A DNA stretch of 64,000 bases, taken from assembly GCA_024277855.1 (NCBI GenBank), contig JAJRUJ010000082.1, forward strand, positions 3,537 to 67,536. Reading direction: 5' to 3'. The notes beneath the pieces are model-generated. The model saw only the letters and a list, made by a program, of their open reading frames with translations. It did no database searches and was not told the origin of the DNA. The stretch's first letter is position 1. Each line of letters starts with the position of its first letter. The stretch comes from Candidatus Zixiibacteriota bacterium (GTDB taxonomy: Bacteria; Zixibacteria; MSB-5A5; WJJR01; JAJRUJ01). The position numbers and the translations under genes were made by a program. Below are positions 28,338-39,200 of this stretch, in pieces.

Positions 28338-29090
28338 ATGGAAAATAAATTACTACCCGAGAATTTTGCCGCGCTGGAGCACGATGATCTCGTTCGCGCC
28401 GTGATGGAGGGATTCCGTCGCACCCTTGCCCATTATGCGTTCTGGTTCCGCGAGGTCGAGCATCAACTGGGCATGACCGAATCGTTCAAAATCGAGGCCG
28501 AGGCCGGTGATTTGTTCGGGAAGATCATGCTCAAACGGCTGGCCGATATTCTGGGCTTTGATATCGAAAACGGCGTCCCCAAGGCGCTCAACGATAAATC
28601 GAATGAGGAACTGCTGGCGCTGTTGAAAGGTGCATCGGTCAATTGGCTGGTCAATGACGGTGTCTGGTTTCAGGCGGTCGAAAACAGTTGCGGGATGGAC
28701 TACGCCAAGCGCTGTAACGATACGGCATGGACGCGGTTGTCACCCTATGAAGCAACGCGGATTAAAATGTTTTTCGGGATGCCGGAAAAACCGGGTTTGG
28801 CCGGTTTGAAAACCGCGTTGAATTTCCGGCTGTATGCAATGATCAACGAACAGTCGTTCGAGGAGCTTGACGAGACATCATTTATTTTTCGGATGAACCA
28901 GTGCCGGGTGCAAAATGCCCGCAAACGCAAGGGGCTGGCCGACTATCCCTGCAAGTCCGGCGGTCTGGTGGAATACACGACATTCGCCCGGACAATCGAC
29001 CCGCGAATTACGACCGAATGCATCGGTTGCCCGCCCGATAAGCATCCGGCGGAATGGTTTTGCGCCTGGAAATTTACTCTGGAGGATTAA
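28338..29090 (+). CDS. DUF6125-like protein of unknown function
   Basis: WFQAVE...CNDTAW, RLYA..N, CRVQNARKRKGL..YPCKS.G, and C..CPPD.HP..W.CAW.F; family recognised from these motifs. Confidence 0.7.
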   Translation: MENKLLPENFAALEHDDLVRAVMEGFRRTLAHYAFWFREVEHQLGMTESFKIEAEAGDLFGKIMLKRLADILGFDIENGVPKALNDKSNEELLALLKGASVNWLVNDGVWFQAVENSCGMDYAKRCNDTAWTRLSPYEATRIKMFFGMPEKPGLAGLKTALNFRLYAMINEQSFEELDETSFIFRMNQCRVQNARKRKGLADYPCKSGGLVEYTTFARTIDPRITTECIGCPPDKHPAEWFCAWKFTLED

Positions 29091-29116
29091 CCGATACCGC
29101 GCCGGTCCGACCAACC

Positions 29117-29166
29117 GTAGGGGCAGGGCTTGCCCTGCCCACGGGCGCGGCAAGCCGCGCCCCTAC
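29117..29166. repeat. REP doublet (REPIN-like, GTAG class)
   Basis: GTAGGGGCAGGGCTTGCCCTGCCC-AC-GGGCGCGGCAAGCCGCGCCCCTAC: two inverted GTAG-led palindromic units between convergent genes. Confidence 0.75.
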
Positions 29167-29209
29167 GTCTAAAACGATCATTGGTGCCGTCGCAAGCGGA
29201 CGCTGAAGA

Positions 29210-29653
29210 TTAGTCAAAGGGGCCGTGCGGTTGGATGAGTTTCCGGAAATAACCCAGACTGGCCAGGAATAGTCCCAGCCCGATTGTGCCGTAGACCGGC
29301 ACAAGATAAATTCGGTCAATCGGCAGGTGCCGCAGGGTGTACCCCATCAACATCATAATCACAATCAGGTAATAACTGCGTCGGTTCTGAAAGGCAAACA
29401 GGCAGACTTTGTCTTTATGCGGCGCCTGGGCATAGATTCGCGCCAGGTTGACCGCCGTAAGTTTGGCAAAGCCGAAACGGTAGACGACAGATCCCCCGAC
29501 AATCGTCAGGCCAATCGGGACAAGGGGATTGCCGTCGGATGAAAACAACCAGTTACCGGCAACGGCCAATAGCGCAATCCCCACCACCGACCAAAGCAAA
29601 CCGGCCAGCATCACCAGGGTTTTTCTTTCGGCTGCCGGTGTTTTCATCGTCAA
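29210..29653 (-). CDS. Hypothetical membrane protein (about 4 TM)
   Basis: Hydrophobic segments with coding-like composition; no family recognised. Confidence 0.7.
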   Translation of the reverse strand: MTMKTPAAERKTLVMLAGLLWSVVGIALLAVAGNWLFSSDGNPLVPIGLTIVGGSVVYRFGFAKLTAVNLARIYAQAPHKDKVCLFAFQNRRSYYLIVIMMLMGYTLRHLPIDRIYLVPVYGTIGLGLFLASLGYFRKLIQPHGPFD

Positions 29654-29823
29654 CTCTCAGTTCAGGCAACAAAACCGCCCCATATAATTAATGACGTATT
29701 ATGTCCTGAGCCAATGATTTTTAGGTCGGGGACTGTCCATCGGCCGATCTTGGCTGTTTTCTTCTCCATTCGTCCTTTGTATCTTATCGGCGCTGAATCG
29801 AACGATTTCGCGCGGAGGTGGGT

Positions 29824-30882
29824 ATGCACGCGACAATTTATGAACGCCTGGCCGATTTGCTTGATTCTCTGCCCAATGGTTTTCCACGAACACCATCGAA
29901 CATCGAAGTTCGCCTCCTGCAAAAGATTTTCAGCCACGAGGAGGCCGAACTGGCGCTTCACTTAACCGGCAGAATGGAACCGATCGATACCCTCGCCGGG
30001 CGGATGGGCTTGCCGATCAAGGAAGCGCGCGCAAAACTGATGGCGATGGTCAAGCGCGAATTGGTCTGGTTCGACAAACTCGACGGTTCTCCGTACTTTC
30101 GGCTTGCCCCGTTTGTGGTCGGGGTCTGGGAAGGCCAACTCGAGTCGATGGATAAGGAACTGGCCGAATTGTTTGAACAGTATATGGCTGACGGCGGCGC
30201 GGCCGGAATCATGAAATATCAACCCGCCCTCCAACGCGTATTACCGGCCGAGGGAACTGTCGAAACCGAGTGGATTCTCCCCTACGAGGATGTGCGGGCG
30301 ATCCTCGAACAAGCCCAGACATTCTCGGTGCGGGACTGTGTCTGCCGGGTGCAACAGGATCAACTCGGCCGTCAATGCGATTTCCCGGTGCATAATTGCC
30401 TGATGTTCTCAATGAAAAAGCGGCCGCCCAAACCGAACGATATCAACCGTGCGGAAGCATTGGCGATCATTGATGAGGCTAAAGAAATCGGGCTGGTCCA
30501 TTCGGTCAGCAATATCAAAGAAGGTGTATCGTATATCTGCAACTGTTGCGGCTGTTGCTGCGGGATTTTGCGCGGGATCACCAGACACGGCATCGCCAAT
30601 TCGGTCGCGCAGGCCAACTATTACGCGGTAATCGACGAGAACGAATGCCAAAACTGCGGTCTCTGCATCGAGCGTTGCCAGGTCGATGCAATTAACGCCG
30701 GTGATGATTTTTCGGTAGTCGACCGACCTAAATGTATCGGCTGCGGGGTTTGTGTGACCGGCTGCCCCGACGACGCGGTGCATCTTGTCCGCAAACCTGC
30801 CGACCAGATTATCGAACCCCCGGCGGACTTTCCGACCTGGGAACACCAACGATTACAAAACCGGGGGATGGCGGATTTATGA
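29824..30882 (+). CDS. 4Fe-4S dicluster-domain protein
   Basis: C.CR.Q......C.FP...C, ICNCCGCCCGILRG, and CQNCGLCIERC / CIGCGVCVTGCP ferredoxin pair. Confidence 0.85.
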   Translation: MHATIYERLADLLDSLPNGFPRTPSNIEVRLLQKIFSHEEAELALHLTGRMEPIDTLAGRMGLPIKEARAKLMAMVKRELVWFDKLDGSPYFRLAPFVVGVWEGQLESMDKELAELFEQYMADGGAAGIMKYQPALQRVLPAEGTVETEWILPYEDVRAILEQAQTFSVRDCVCRVQQDQLGRQCDFPVHNCLMFSMKKRPPKPNDINRAEALAIIDEAKEIGLVHSVSNIKEGVSYICNCCGCCCGILRGITRHGIANSVAQANYYAVIDENECQNCGLCIERCQVDAINAGDDFSVVDRPKCIGCGVCVTGCPDDAVHLVRKPADQIIEPPADFPTWEHQRLQNRGMADL

Positions 30883-31072
30883 TGGCAGAATTCAAAACAC
30901 CGGGTATTCGCATTCTATAGCACGACCCAGTTTTTTATTAAATTCACAGGAGATACTATTACAAAGAATTTCACTCTGGTAGACCTGCGTCACTGTCAGC
31001 GCGATATTTCCGACGTCAAGCAGCGCCCAAAACACCCCACGGCCATGTTTCCAACATCATTGCTGGGGAGTT

Positions 31073-31900
31073 CTACCAGCTTACACGGCGGGAACCGCCG
31101 ATCCGGCGAATATCACCCGAACTGTTCGTCTGTTTGGTTACGCGCGGATTGCCGCTATAGTAGATCGAGCCGCTGCTGTTGGTCGAGGCATACAGCCGGT
31201 CGTTGACCTGGACAGTGGCATCGCCGCTGGAATTGATGCGAACCTCTGCCTCATCGCTTTCCAGCCGCCGTCCCTGATAATCCCCCGAACTATTGATCGA
31301 GATATCCTGCTGGACAACTTTACCCCCGTCGATCTTCACATCTCCGGAGCTGCTGATCTCGACCCACAGTTTTTCGGCCCGCAAGTCCTCGATTTCCAGA
31401 TCGCCGGAGCTGCTGATCTCGATATCGAGTTTGGTACAATCGATCGCACCGGTTTCGATATCACCCGAGCTGCTGATCTCGATTTTTACGCGACCGGCGT
31501 CAATATCCGGCGCCAGAATATCCCCACTGCTGGAGGTCGCGATATAGTCAAGCTCCTTGACCATCAGATAAAAACGAAATCCGCGCCGCGTCTGAATATT
31601 CACCCGCGACCGGGTGTCGATTTCAAGGATACCGCGACGGACATTAATCTCGAAATATTCCAGCAGGTTGTCTTCAGCTTCAATGATTAGTTCTTCCTTA
31701 TCGCCGATTTCGATCTCTAATTGCCCGTTTGTCGCCAGTTCGACACCATGCACACCGCTGATGGCATGCCTGGCAGTGGCAAGTTTGCCCGACCCGCGAA
31801 CTCGTTTGCGTGAAAATGTCGCGCCATCCAGCGCGATACAGCTTTGGGCGATAAACATCGTGGCAATCAACAGAACCATCAATATTCTGCGTGATTTCAT
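31073..31900 (-). CDS. Head GIN domain (DUF2807) beta-helix exported protein
   Basis: Signal peptide, VRGSGKL, AEDNLL, and repeated (I)SSSGD(I/L/V) solenoid units. Confidence 0.85.
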   Translation of the reverse strand: MKSRRILMVLLIATMFIAQSCIALDGATFSRKRVRGSGKLATARHAISGVHGVELATNGQLEIEIGDKEELIIEAEDNLLEYFEINVRRGILEIDTRSRVNIQTRRGFRFYLMVKELDYIATSSSGDILAPDIDAGRVKIEISSSGDIETGAIDCTKLDIEISSSGDLEIEDLRAEKLWVEISSSGDVKIDGGKVVQQDISINSSGDYQGRRLESDEAEVRINSSGDATVQVNDRLYASTNSSGSIYYSGNPRVTKQTNSSGDIRRIGGSRRVSW

Positions 31901-32052
31901 CTCAGTCCTCCGAATAGAAATGCCTCAAGACCCGGCATCAGTTCCGATCAAATCATATTTCCCATATAGTATCAGTACGGAATATATGCCGCAAGGTTGC
32001 TCGGCGGGAAGATATTCGGCAATAATTTGGTGTAAAGCGAGTTAGAAGCGTG

Positions 32053-33618
32053 TCAATCACGGTAACGCAGAAAAACTTCGGGCAGACAACCGATCAGATC
32101 GGTGGCGGTCAGCGAAACCTGGCCAAATTCCTCAGCGGCATAGTCACCGGCCACACCATGCAGATACACCCCGCAACAAGCGGCGGCAAACGGCGGCAAT
32201 CCCTGCCCCAACAAGGCAACAATTATGCCGGTGAGAACGTCGCCGGTTCCGCCCGAGGCCATCCCGGGATTGCCGGTCGGATTGAGGCAGCCAACCCCGT
32301 CCGGATCGGCAACAAATGTCGGCGCGCCTTTGAGTACACACACACAATTAAACATCGACGCGGCCTGCTGCGCCCAACTCTGCCGATCAGCGATGATTTT
32401 CTCTATTGGTGTGACAACGATGCGAGCCAGTTCACCGACATGCGGCGTAATCACCAACGGCGCGGCGTTCTCTTTGAGAATGGTATTGTCTTTGGCGAAC
32501 GCATTGATCCCGTCGGCGTCGAGCACGGTCGGTGTGTCACGGCGGGCGATAATCCGCCGCACCAATTCCTGTGTTTCGTGATGCTGCGAAAGCCCCGGTC
32601 CGACAGCAAGCGCGTCCACTCCGGGGAGGAAACCCATAATTTCACCGAGGGCCCGGCGGGCGAACACCCGCTTTTTGCCAACCTCCGGAAATGGCCGAGT
32701 CAATGCCTCGGTCAGTTTGCCCTCAAGAATATCGTTAAGCGAAGATGGGCAACCGACATAAACCAACCCGGCGCCCGACCGCACCGCCGCATTTCCAGCC
32801 AGGGCCGCCGCCCCGGTCATTCCCACCGATCCGGCCAGGAGCAATATTTTCCCGCAAGTTCCTTTGTGCGCGTCAGGTGGGCGTTCCGGAAGTGTCGTGG
32901 CAATATATTCATCGGTGATCAGATACAGATTTAACTTTTCCTGCTCGATGGCGTCCGACGGAATACCAATATCCACGACATGCAGCCGTCCGGTCAGCCC
33001 CCGACCGGGATGTAAAAATTGTCCGACTTTCGGTAAACCAAAGGTGACGGTCATCTCCGCCTGCACGACATCGTCCCCCGCCTGCCCGGTATCGGCGGAC
33101 AATCCCGACGGTATGTCGACGGCAACCGTGGGGATGTCGGCGGCATTCATCCGACGGACGACTTCCGCGGCGAGACCCTCGATTTTACGTTTGAACCCGG
33201 TGCCAAACAGCGCATCGATTAATAGATCATAATCAGCGAAGACAGGGACAGCGGCATCGTTGAGGACTTCGATAACCTCGGCCGAGACATCCAGCCGCTC
33301 AAAATTGGCCCGCGCATCACCCTTGAGTTGAGAAGTTTCACCGAGGAGATAATAGGTAATCGCCGCACCCCACTCGGCCAGATACCGGCCGCAGACAAAA
33401 CCATCGCCGCCGTTGTTCCCCCGGCCGCAGACCACCGCCACCCGGCAGTCGGGCAGCTCGCCCTCGAACAGGTCATCGCGGATCTTCTCGGCAACCCCCC
33501 GCCCGGCGGCCTCCATCAACTCCAGGCCGGGGATGCCCATGCCGTCGATTGCCCGCCGGTCGATATTCTGCATCTGCCCGGCAGTCGAAATCGGAATCAT
33601 GTCTGTTAAATTGGTCAT
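32053..33618 (-). CDS. nnr: Bifunctional NAD(P)HX epimerase/dehydratase
   Basis: LMEAAG, CGRGNNGGDG, DALFGTG, DIPSG, HKG, GAA.LA, LDADG, TPHVGEL and GGTGDVL motifs. Confidence 0.95.
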   Translation of the reverse strand: MTNLTDMIPISTAGQMQNIDRRAIDGMGIPGLELMEAAGRGVAEKIRDDLFEGELPDCRVAVVCGRGNNGGDGFVCGRYLAEWGAAITYYLLGETSQLKGDARANFERLDVSAEVIEVLNDAAVPVFADYDLLIDALFGTGFKRKIEGLAAEVVRRMNAADIPTVAVDIPSGLSADTGQAGDDVVQAEMTVTFGLPKVGQFLHPGRGLTGRLHVVDIGIPSDAIEQEKLNLYLITDEYIATTLPERPPDAHKGTCGKILLLAGSVGMTGAAALAGNAAVRSGAGLVYVGCPSSLNDILEGKLTEALTRPFPEVGKKRVFARRALGEIMGFLPGVDALAVGPGLSQHHETQELVRRIIARRDTPTVLDADGINAFAKDNTILKENAAPLVITPHVGELARIVVTPIEKIIADRQSWAQQAASMFNCVCVLKGAPTFVADPDGVGCLNPTGNPGMASGGTGDVLTGIIVALLGQGLPPFAAACCGVYLHGVAGDYAAEEFGQVSLTATDLIGCLPEVFLRYRD

Positions 33619-33676
33619 CGTTCCTCGTTATCCGGCCTCATTCCGATAATTCGGCGTCCGGCGACAAGTTGGCTAC

Positions 33677-34489
33677 TCAACCTGCCAGGGCATCATTGAT
33701 CGCCTGACGATATTCAATCGCCTTTGCTCGCACCAATTCGCCGAAATCGCCATCGCCCTCCGGGTAGCTGATCCCCCGGCTGACATTAAAGACTGCCGGC
33801 AGCGTGCCATTAGCCGTGGCGGCCCGGACCGCCATTTTCGTGTCGCCACCCTGCACTCCCAACCCGGGAACCAATAACGGCCCGTCGGGATACGCCGTGC
33901 GGATTTGTTTTAACTGTTCGACATGGGTCGCGCCGGTAACCAGGCCGATTTCACCCTGATCGCCCAGCCGCTTGCAGATTTCGATCACCCGCTCGTAAAG
34001 CATCGGCGAATCACCGGCGACAAACTGCAACTCGGCTGCGCCGGGGTTGGACGTCACACACAAAACAAAAATACATTTCCCTTCATGCGCCAAAAACGGT
34101 TCGAGGGTGTCGCCACCCAGATACGGGCTGACCGTCGCCGCATCTCCGCCGAGGTGTTCAAAAAGAAAATGGGCATACATCTGGGCGGTACTGCCGATAT
34201 CGCCGCGCTTGGCATCGAGGATCACCGGGATATCGTCCGGGATTATCTCCATGACCTGTTCGAGTTGGGCGATTCCCGCCGATCCCGAGGCCTCGAAAAA
34301 CGCGAGGTTAGGTTTGTAAACACAGGCCTGGTCGGCGGTCGCGCTAATCACCTCCCGGCAAAAATCAGATAACATCGTCGGCGAGCCATGAAATCGCGCG
34401 GGAATCCGGTCAGCCCGAGGATCGAGACCAACACAAAGCAGACTGTTATTTTTGGTCCTTGCCCGGTCCAGTTTTGCCAGAAAACTCAT
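33677..34489 (-). CDS. pyrF: Orotidine-5'-phosphate decarboxylase
   Basis: LCVGLDP, KPNLAFF, ILDAKRGDIGST and LLVPGLG.QGG motifs. Confidence 0.97.
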   Translation of the reverse strand: MSFLAKLDRARTKNNSLLCVGLDPRADRIPARFHGSPTMLSDFCREVISATADQACVYKPNLAFFEASGSAGIAQLEQVMEIIPDDIPVILDAKRGDIGSTAQMYAHFLFEHLGGDAATVSPYLGGDTLEPFLAHEGKCIFVLCVTSNPGAAELQFVAGDSPMLYERVIEICKRLGDQGEIGLVTGATHVEQLKQIRTAYPDGPLLVPGLGVQGGDTKMAVRAATANGTLPAVFNVSRGISYPEGDGDFGELVRAKAIEYRQAINDALAG

Positions 34490-35403
34490 TGTTTTTTCAT
34501 CGCTCCGATTAACTTGGTCACCGCCGGAATGTTATTTGCCTTGAGGTGATTTTTAATTTGGCGCACGATATCGACGCAGGCGGTCGGTTCGCGGAAAGTC
34601 GCCGTGCCCACCTGCACCGCCGTGGCCCCGGCCAGGAAAAACTCAATCGCGTCGGCGCCGGTCATGATCCCGCCAATCCCGATTACCGGGACAGCTACCG
34701 CTTGCGAGATTTTATGTACACAGGCCAGCGCAACCGGCTTGATTGCCGGGCCGGAGAGGCCGCCGGTGATGTTGGACAAGCGAGGCCGATGTGTCTTAAT
34801 ATCGATCGCCATCCCCACCAGCGTATTGATCGCCGAGACCGCGTCAGCGCCCCCGTCGGTTGCCGCTTTAGCCAATTCGGCGATATCATGCGTATTCGGC
34901 GTGACTTTGGCGATCAACGGCGTCGTCGTCACCTGACGAACACCGGCCACGCATGAGTGAACCCAGCGCGGGTCGGCGCCGTTGTCCAGCCCTTCTTTGA
35001 CATTGGGACAGGAAAGATTCAACTCCAGCAGGTCGATCCCGCGCGCACCGTCGAGTCGACGCGCGGCTTCAACATAGTCGCCAATCTTCCGGCCGACAAT
35101 GTTGACGATAACCTTCGTCCCGGAATCCCGTAACAAATCGAGTTTTTCTGCGAGGAAACGATCCAGCCCAACATTTTGCAGCCCGATACAATTTAGCATT
35201 CCGGCCGTGGTTTCGGCCACCCGCGGCGCCGGATGGCCCGGCCGTGGCTCGACCGAAATCGATTTGGTGACAAAACCGCCGAGGTCTTTCAACCGGATGA
35301 CGCGGGCAAGTTCCTCACCGGTGCCGCAGGTCCCCGATGCCGTGAGTACCGGGTTGGCAAAGGTGATCCCGGCGATGTTGACTTGCAAATCGGGGGCTTT
35401 CAT
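34486..35403 (-). CDS. pyrD: Dihydroorotate dehydrogenase B, catalytic subunit
   Basis: NPVLTASGT, ELNLSCPNV and GGLSGPAIKP motifs. Confidence 0.96.
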   Translation of the reverse strand: MKAPDLQVNIAGITFANPVLTASGTCGTGEELARVIRLKDLGGFVTKSISVEPRPGHPAPRVAETTAGMLNCIGLQNVGLDRFLAEKLDLLRDSGTKVIVNIVGRKIGDYVEAARRLDGARGIDLLELNLSCPNVKEGLDNGADPRWVHSCVAGVRQVTTTPLIAKVTPNTHDIAELAKAATDGGADAVSAINTLVGMAIDIKTHRPRLSNITGGLSGPAIKPVALACVHKISQAVAVPVIGIGGIMTGADAIEFFLAGATAVQVGTATFREPTACVDIVRQIKNHLKANNIPAVTKLIGAMKKQ

Positions 35404-36221
35404 AATTGCACCTCGGCGGCGGAGAAAACCGGGCCATCATGACACACCCGCAAATAGCGATCATACCCGTCCCGCGCCGGACGGGCGGGAACCGCACACC
35501 CCGAACAGACCCCGAAACCGCACGGCATCATCTCTTCCAAAGAAACCTGTCCCCAATATCCGCCGCGAATAATCCATTCCTGCAACGCCTTAAGCATCGG
35601 AGTCGGACCGCAGCCATAAACTGCCGTATCGGCAGCCGACCATCCTGATTTGTCCGCGAGTTTTTTGAGTAAATCAATGACCGTGCCGTGATGACCAATC
35701 GATCCGTCATCGGTCGCCGGATAACTGCGCACACCGGGTATGCGCGGAACCCGTAACCGGTCGGCCATCGACCGCGAGCCGATCAGCAGGATTATTTCGG
35801 CGGGTCGATTTCGTTTGCGGGCAGCCAAATGCCGCGCCCAGAAATGCAACGGCGGGAGACCGACTCCCCCCGCGACAAGCACCGCCCGTTTCCGGCCCGG
35901 CGAGCGGCAGAAAGTGTTGCCCAACGGGCCAACGATTGAAATCTCATCTCCCTTTTTCAAGCGTGACAGCAGGCGGGTGCCCGTGCCCACCGTGGCAAAC
36001 AAAACAGAGAACCAGCCCCGCTTCGGAGCGGTATGGTAAATGGACATCGGCCGCCGAAAAAACGGTTCGATCCCCGGTGTGGTCTGTATCTGGATGAACT
36101 GACCCGGCTTGCCCAAGCGAGCAATGTATGGATGATAAAATGTCTGGGTGACGGCGGCCGCGGTCAGGCGGGTTGTCCGCACAAGTCGGGCGGGAGCACT
36201 ATTTAATAAAGTTGGGGTCAT
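35400..36221 (-). CDS. pyrK: Dihydroorotate dehydrogenase electron-transfer subunit
   Basis: RRPMSI, VAGGVGLPP, YGCGP.PML, and the 2Fe-2S motif M.CGFGVCSGC...VC.DGPVF. Confidence 0.93.
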   Translation of the reverse strand: MTPTLLNSAPARLVRTTRLTAAAVTQTFYHPYIARLGKPGQFIQIQTTPGIEPFFRRPMSIYHTAPKRGWFSVLFATVGTGTRLLSRLKKGDEISIVGPLGNTFCRSPGRKRAVLVAGGVGLPPLHFWARHLAARKRNRPAEIILLIGSRSMADRLRVPRIPGVRSYPATDDGSIGHHGTVIDLLKKLADKSGWSAADTAVYGCGPTPMLKALQEWIIRGGYWGQVSLEEMMPCGFGVCSGCAVPARPARDGYDRYLRVCHDGPVFSAAEVQL

Positions 36222-39200
36222 CGAAAATATTTTCTTTATCCTGCGCAGGCGGGATGACCCGCACCTCGTACTGATACCAGATATTCAGCGATTCCGCCGG
36301 AATCGAGTCCGGGTTGAAAAATGTCCCTTCAACAGCCGCGGTCGCCGCGAGATCGATGTCGGGGACATTGCTGGACTCGACTAATTCATATTCGCCGATC
36401 TCGCCGGTAAAATCAATCCATATCTTGAAAACAACTTTCCCTTTCCACGGATTCTGCCCCAATTCCGACTCGGGATAAATAAATTCTCCCAGCGTCTTAA
36501 TCCTGTTCCTGGCCGTAGGCGCCTTGGGCAGCCGAATAATGGTCGTATCCCCCTGTTCGGCCTGAATCGCCGCCAGGGCCGAATCGATATCGTCATCTCC
36601 GCTGGATGCTTCAACCATCACTGCCCGCTTCCTCTGTTCCTGCTTGGGCACGTTGCCGCCCAGGCGGGCTTTGGCGGCGGCGGCAAATTTTGTATTCGGG
36701 AAACTGTCGATATACTCCTGGTAAAGCTCGACCAGCGACGAATCCTCCCGATCGGTCTGCATGTCCTCGGCCATCATCACCGCGGCATACGCCGCTTGAG
36801 GCGCGTAGATGCTGGTGGGAAATTCACGGGCGATCCAGGCGAATTTCTCCCGCGCGGCCTGCGGATTGTCATCCTGCAGGTAGAGTTGCTCGGCCTGTCG
36901 ATAATATGCGCCGGGATATCCCGTATCGGCGGCAGTCTGGGCCAGACCGAGACGGGCAATTGCCGCTCCGGCGAAATCTGTCCGGCCATAATCATCCAGC
37001 ACCCGCCGATAGCGCCTGGCCGCCGCCGCCGAATCGCCCATTTCCTCAAGGATGGAGCCGGTGGCAAACAAGGCCCGCGGGGTGTATCCACTCTCCGGGA
37101 ATTTGACGATCAGCGTATCATAATAGGACAATGCCGAATCGTTTGCCTCCAAGGTCAGGTGGAGGGCCTGGGCCACGTTAAAATACGCGGTGGCCAATTT
37201 CTCCCGTTCGGCAAGACGTGCGCGTTCCGCCTCTTCCGCCAATCGTTCGGCAACAGCCAGATCCCTGGCCGCCTGGTTGGAGTCGAGCGTCATCGTCGTG
37301 TCAACGGTCAGTATGGTATCCAACGCCAGTGTCGTGTCATATAGGTAAGCCAGCCCCGCGATCAATCCGGAATCGACTGACACCGTGGTGTCTACAATAA
37401 TCAACGTGTCGAAGATCATTACCGGATCGGCGGGAACCAGTCCTCTGGCCGCCGCCAACGAGTCGATTATCCGCGTGGTGTCGACAATCAGCGACGTGTC
37501 GAATCCTACGGTTGTATCATGGTTATGAACATCATTCCAAGCCGTTTTTGGTACGACGATTCGCACGGTATCAACGACCAGCGAAGTATCGAAGCCATAC
37601 GTCGTATCCAGAGCCAGAGAAGTGTCGACGGTAAAGGTCGAGTCAAGAGTAAGCATCGAATCAATAACAACCGCCGTGTCGATCGCGAGGGTCGTGTCAA
37701 TGGTGCGGGTCGTATCGAGGGCAAGCGCAGAGTCAAGAGCAATTGTCGAGTCGAGAGGGGCGATCTGGTCGCCGCTTGACAACAGCGTGTCAATGGTCGT
37801 TGTCGTGTCAATAAATATTGTCGTATCGATTATAACTGTCGTGTCGATTTTCAATAGTGTCCCGAACGATGATAGGATATTCTGGTAAATAAGCGAATCG
37901 ATAATCCACGCCGTCTCGTCCGGCGGCAATTCAACATATTGCTTGGGACTTTCAGCGACCGACAACGAATCACCCGTCACGACCGTATCCGCCGCACCGA
38001 CCGTATCCGTCGACACCGAATCACGGGCGAGGATTGAATCGATGTTCGTGTCGACGGCCGCGCGGCCGCCCAGGGTATCGCGTAGCCCAATGGCGGTGGA
38101 CCCGGTCCGCAGTACGCCTCCGGTTGATGTCGTTTCTGCTGCGCTCGGTTCAGTCGACGGCTTTGGTTTGCCGCTCGGCGGAACCACGCTCAGCAGGGTA
38201 TCGACAAGATACGTCGTATCAACGGCTACGGTCGTATCGATCGCCAGCAGGGTGTCCACCCGGGGAATTGTGTCGATCTCTGCCCCTGCCATTTCACTGA
38301 TCGACGAGTCGATGGCGCTGATTGTCTCGGTAGTATCAATTATTGCCTTGTCGGTGGAATCAACCGGCGTCTCAGCGAATATTGAATCCAAAACCACGGT
38401 AGTATCGGCGATGATTGCAGAATCGGGAGTTGCGAGTGAGTCCGGTACAATATCGGCCCCGCTGTCGTAGATCGAATCGGCAATCTTCGCCAGTTGGGCG
38501 GTGACTTGCTCAACGGTCATCTCCGACGGCGAAAGATCGGGCGGGATATCGACTATTGGTTCGGCCTCGGGAGCGGCAGTTTCGATAATCGTGGTATCAA
38601 CGACCGAATCAACTTCGGTGTCGGCCGAGGTTGGTTCGCCGGCTATTGCCTGCGATATCGTGGCCGATTCTGTCGTGTCGGCCGAAACATTCTCGGCGGT
38701 CGTATCGGCAATAGACGAGTCGGCCAAACCGAGTGAATCGGCTCGCGCTGTATCGGCCGTATCGGCGTATGCCTCGGCAATCTGCTTTTGATATTCCTCG
38801 ATAGTGGCCAACACTACCGAGAGGGCGATGGCTTTCTTGGCAAACTGGCTGCCGCTTTTTTCTTTTTTGGACAGGGCATAAAATTCGCGGGCAAGCGGAA
38901 AATCGAAATAATACTTTTGATGAATATAGCCGATGCGGTAATAGGCCTCGGCGGCCCAGACCGTTTTAGGAAAGGTCTCGGTCACGTCGGTATAAATGCC
39001 GATGGCCTCCTCATATGCACCCGCTTGTTCTTTCCCCCAGCCGATTTTTAACTGGACCACGCCAAGAGAATCGAAAAATAAATCGTTGGAGGCCAGTTCG
39101 TCGAGAATCGCCAGCCCGGAGTCGATCTCCTGCCGTTCGAAAAACGCGTCCGACATCCGAATGCGCGCCCGATAGACAAGTTCATTAGTGGGTTTCTCGG

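Noticed and set aside
37250-38790. Periodic GTCGA/ATCGA-rich DNA suggesting a CRISPR or tandem DNA repeat
   Set aside because: There are no identical direct repeats with unique spacers. The periodicity comes from degenerate codons of the xDTT protein repeat within one open frame.
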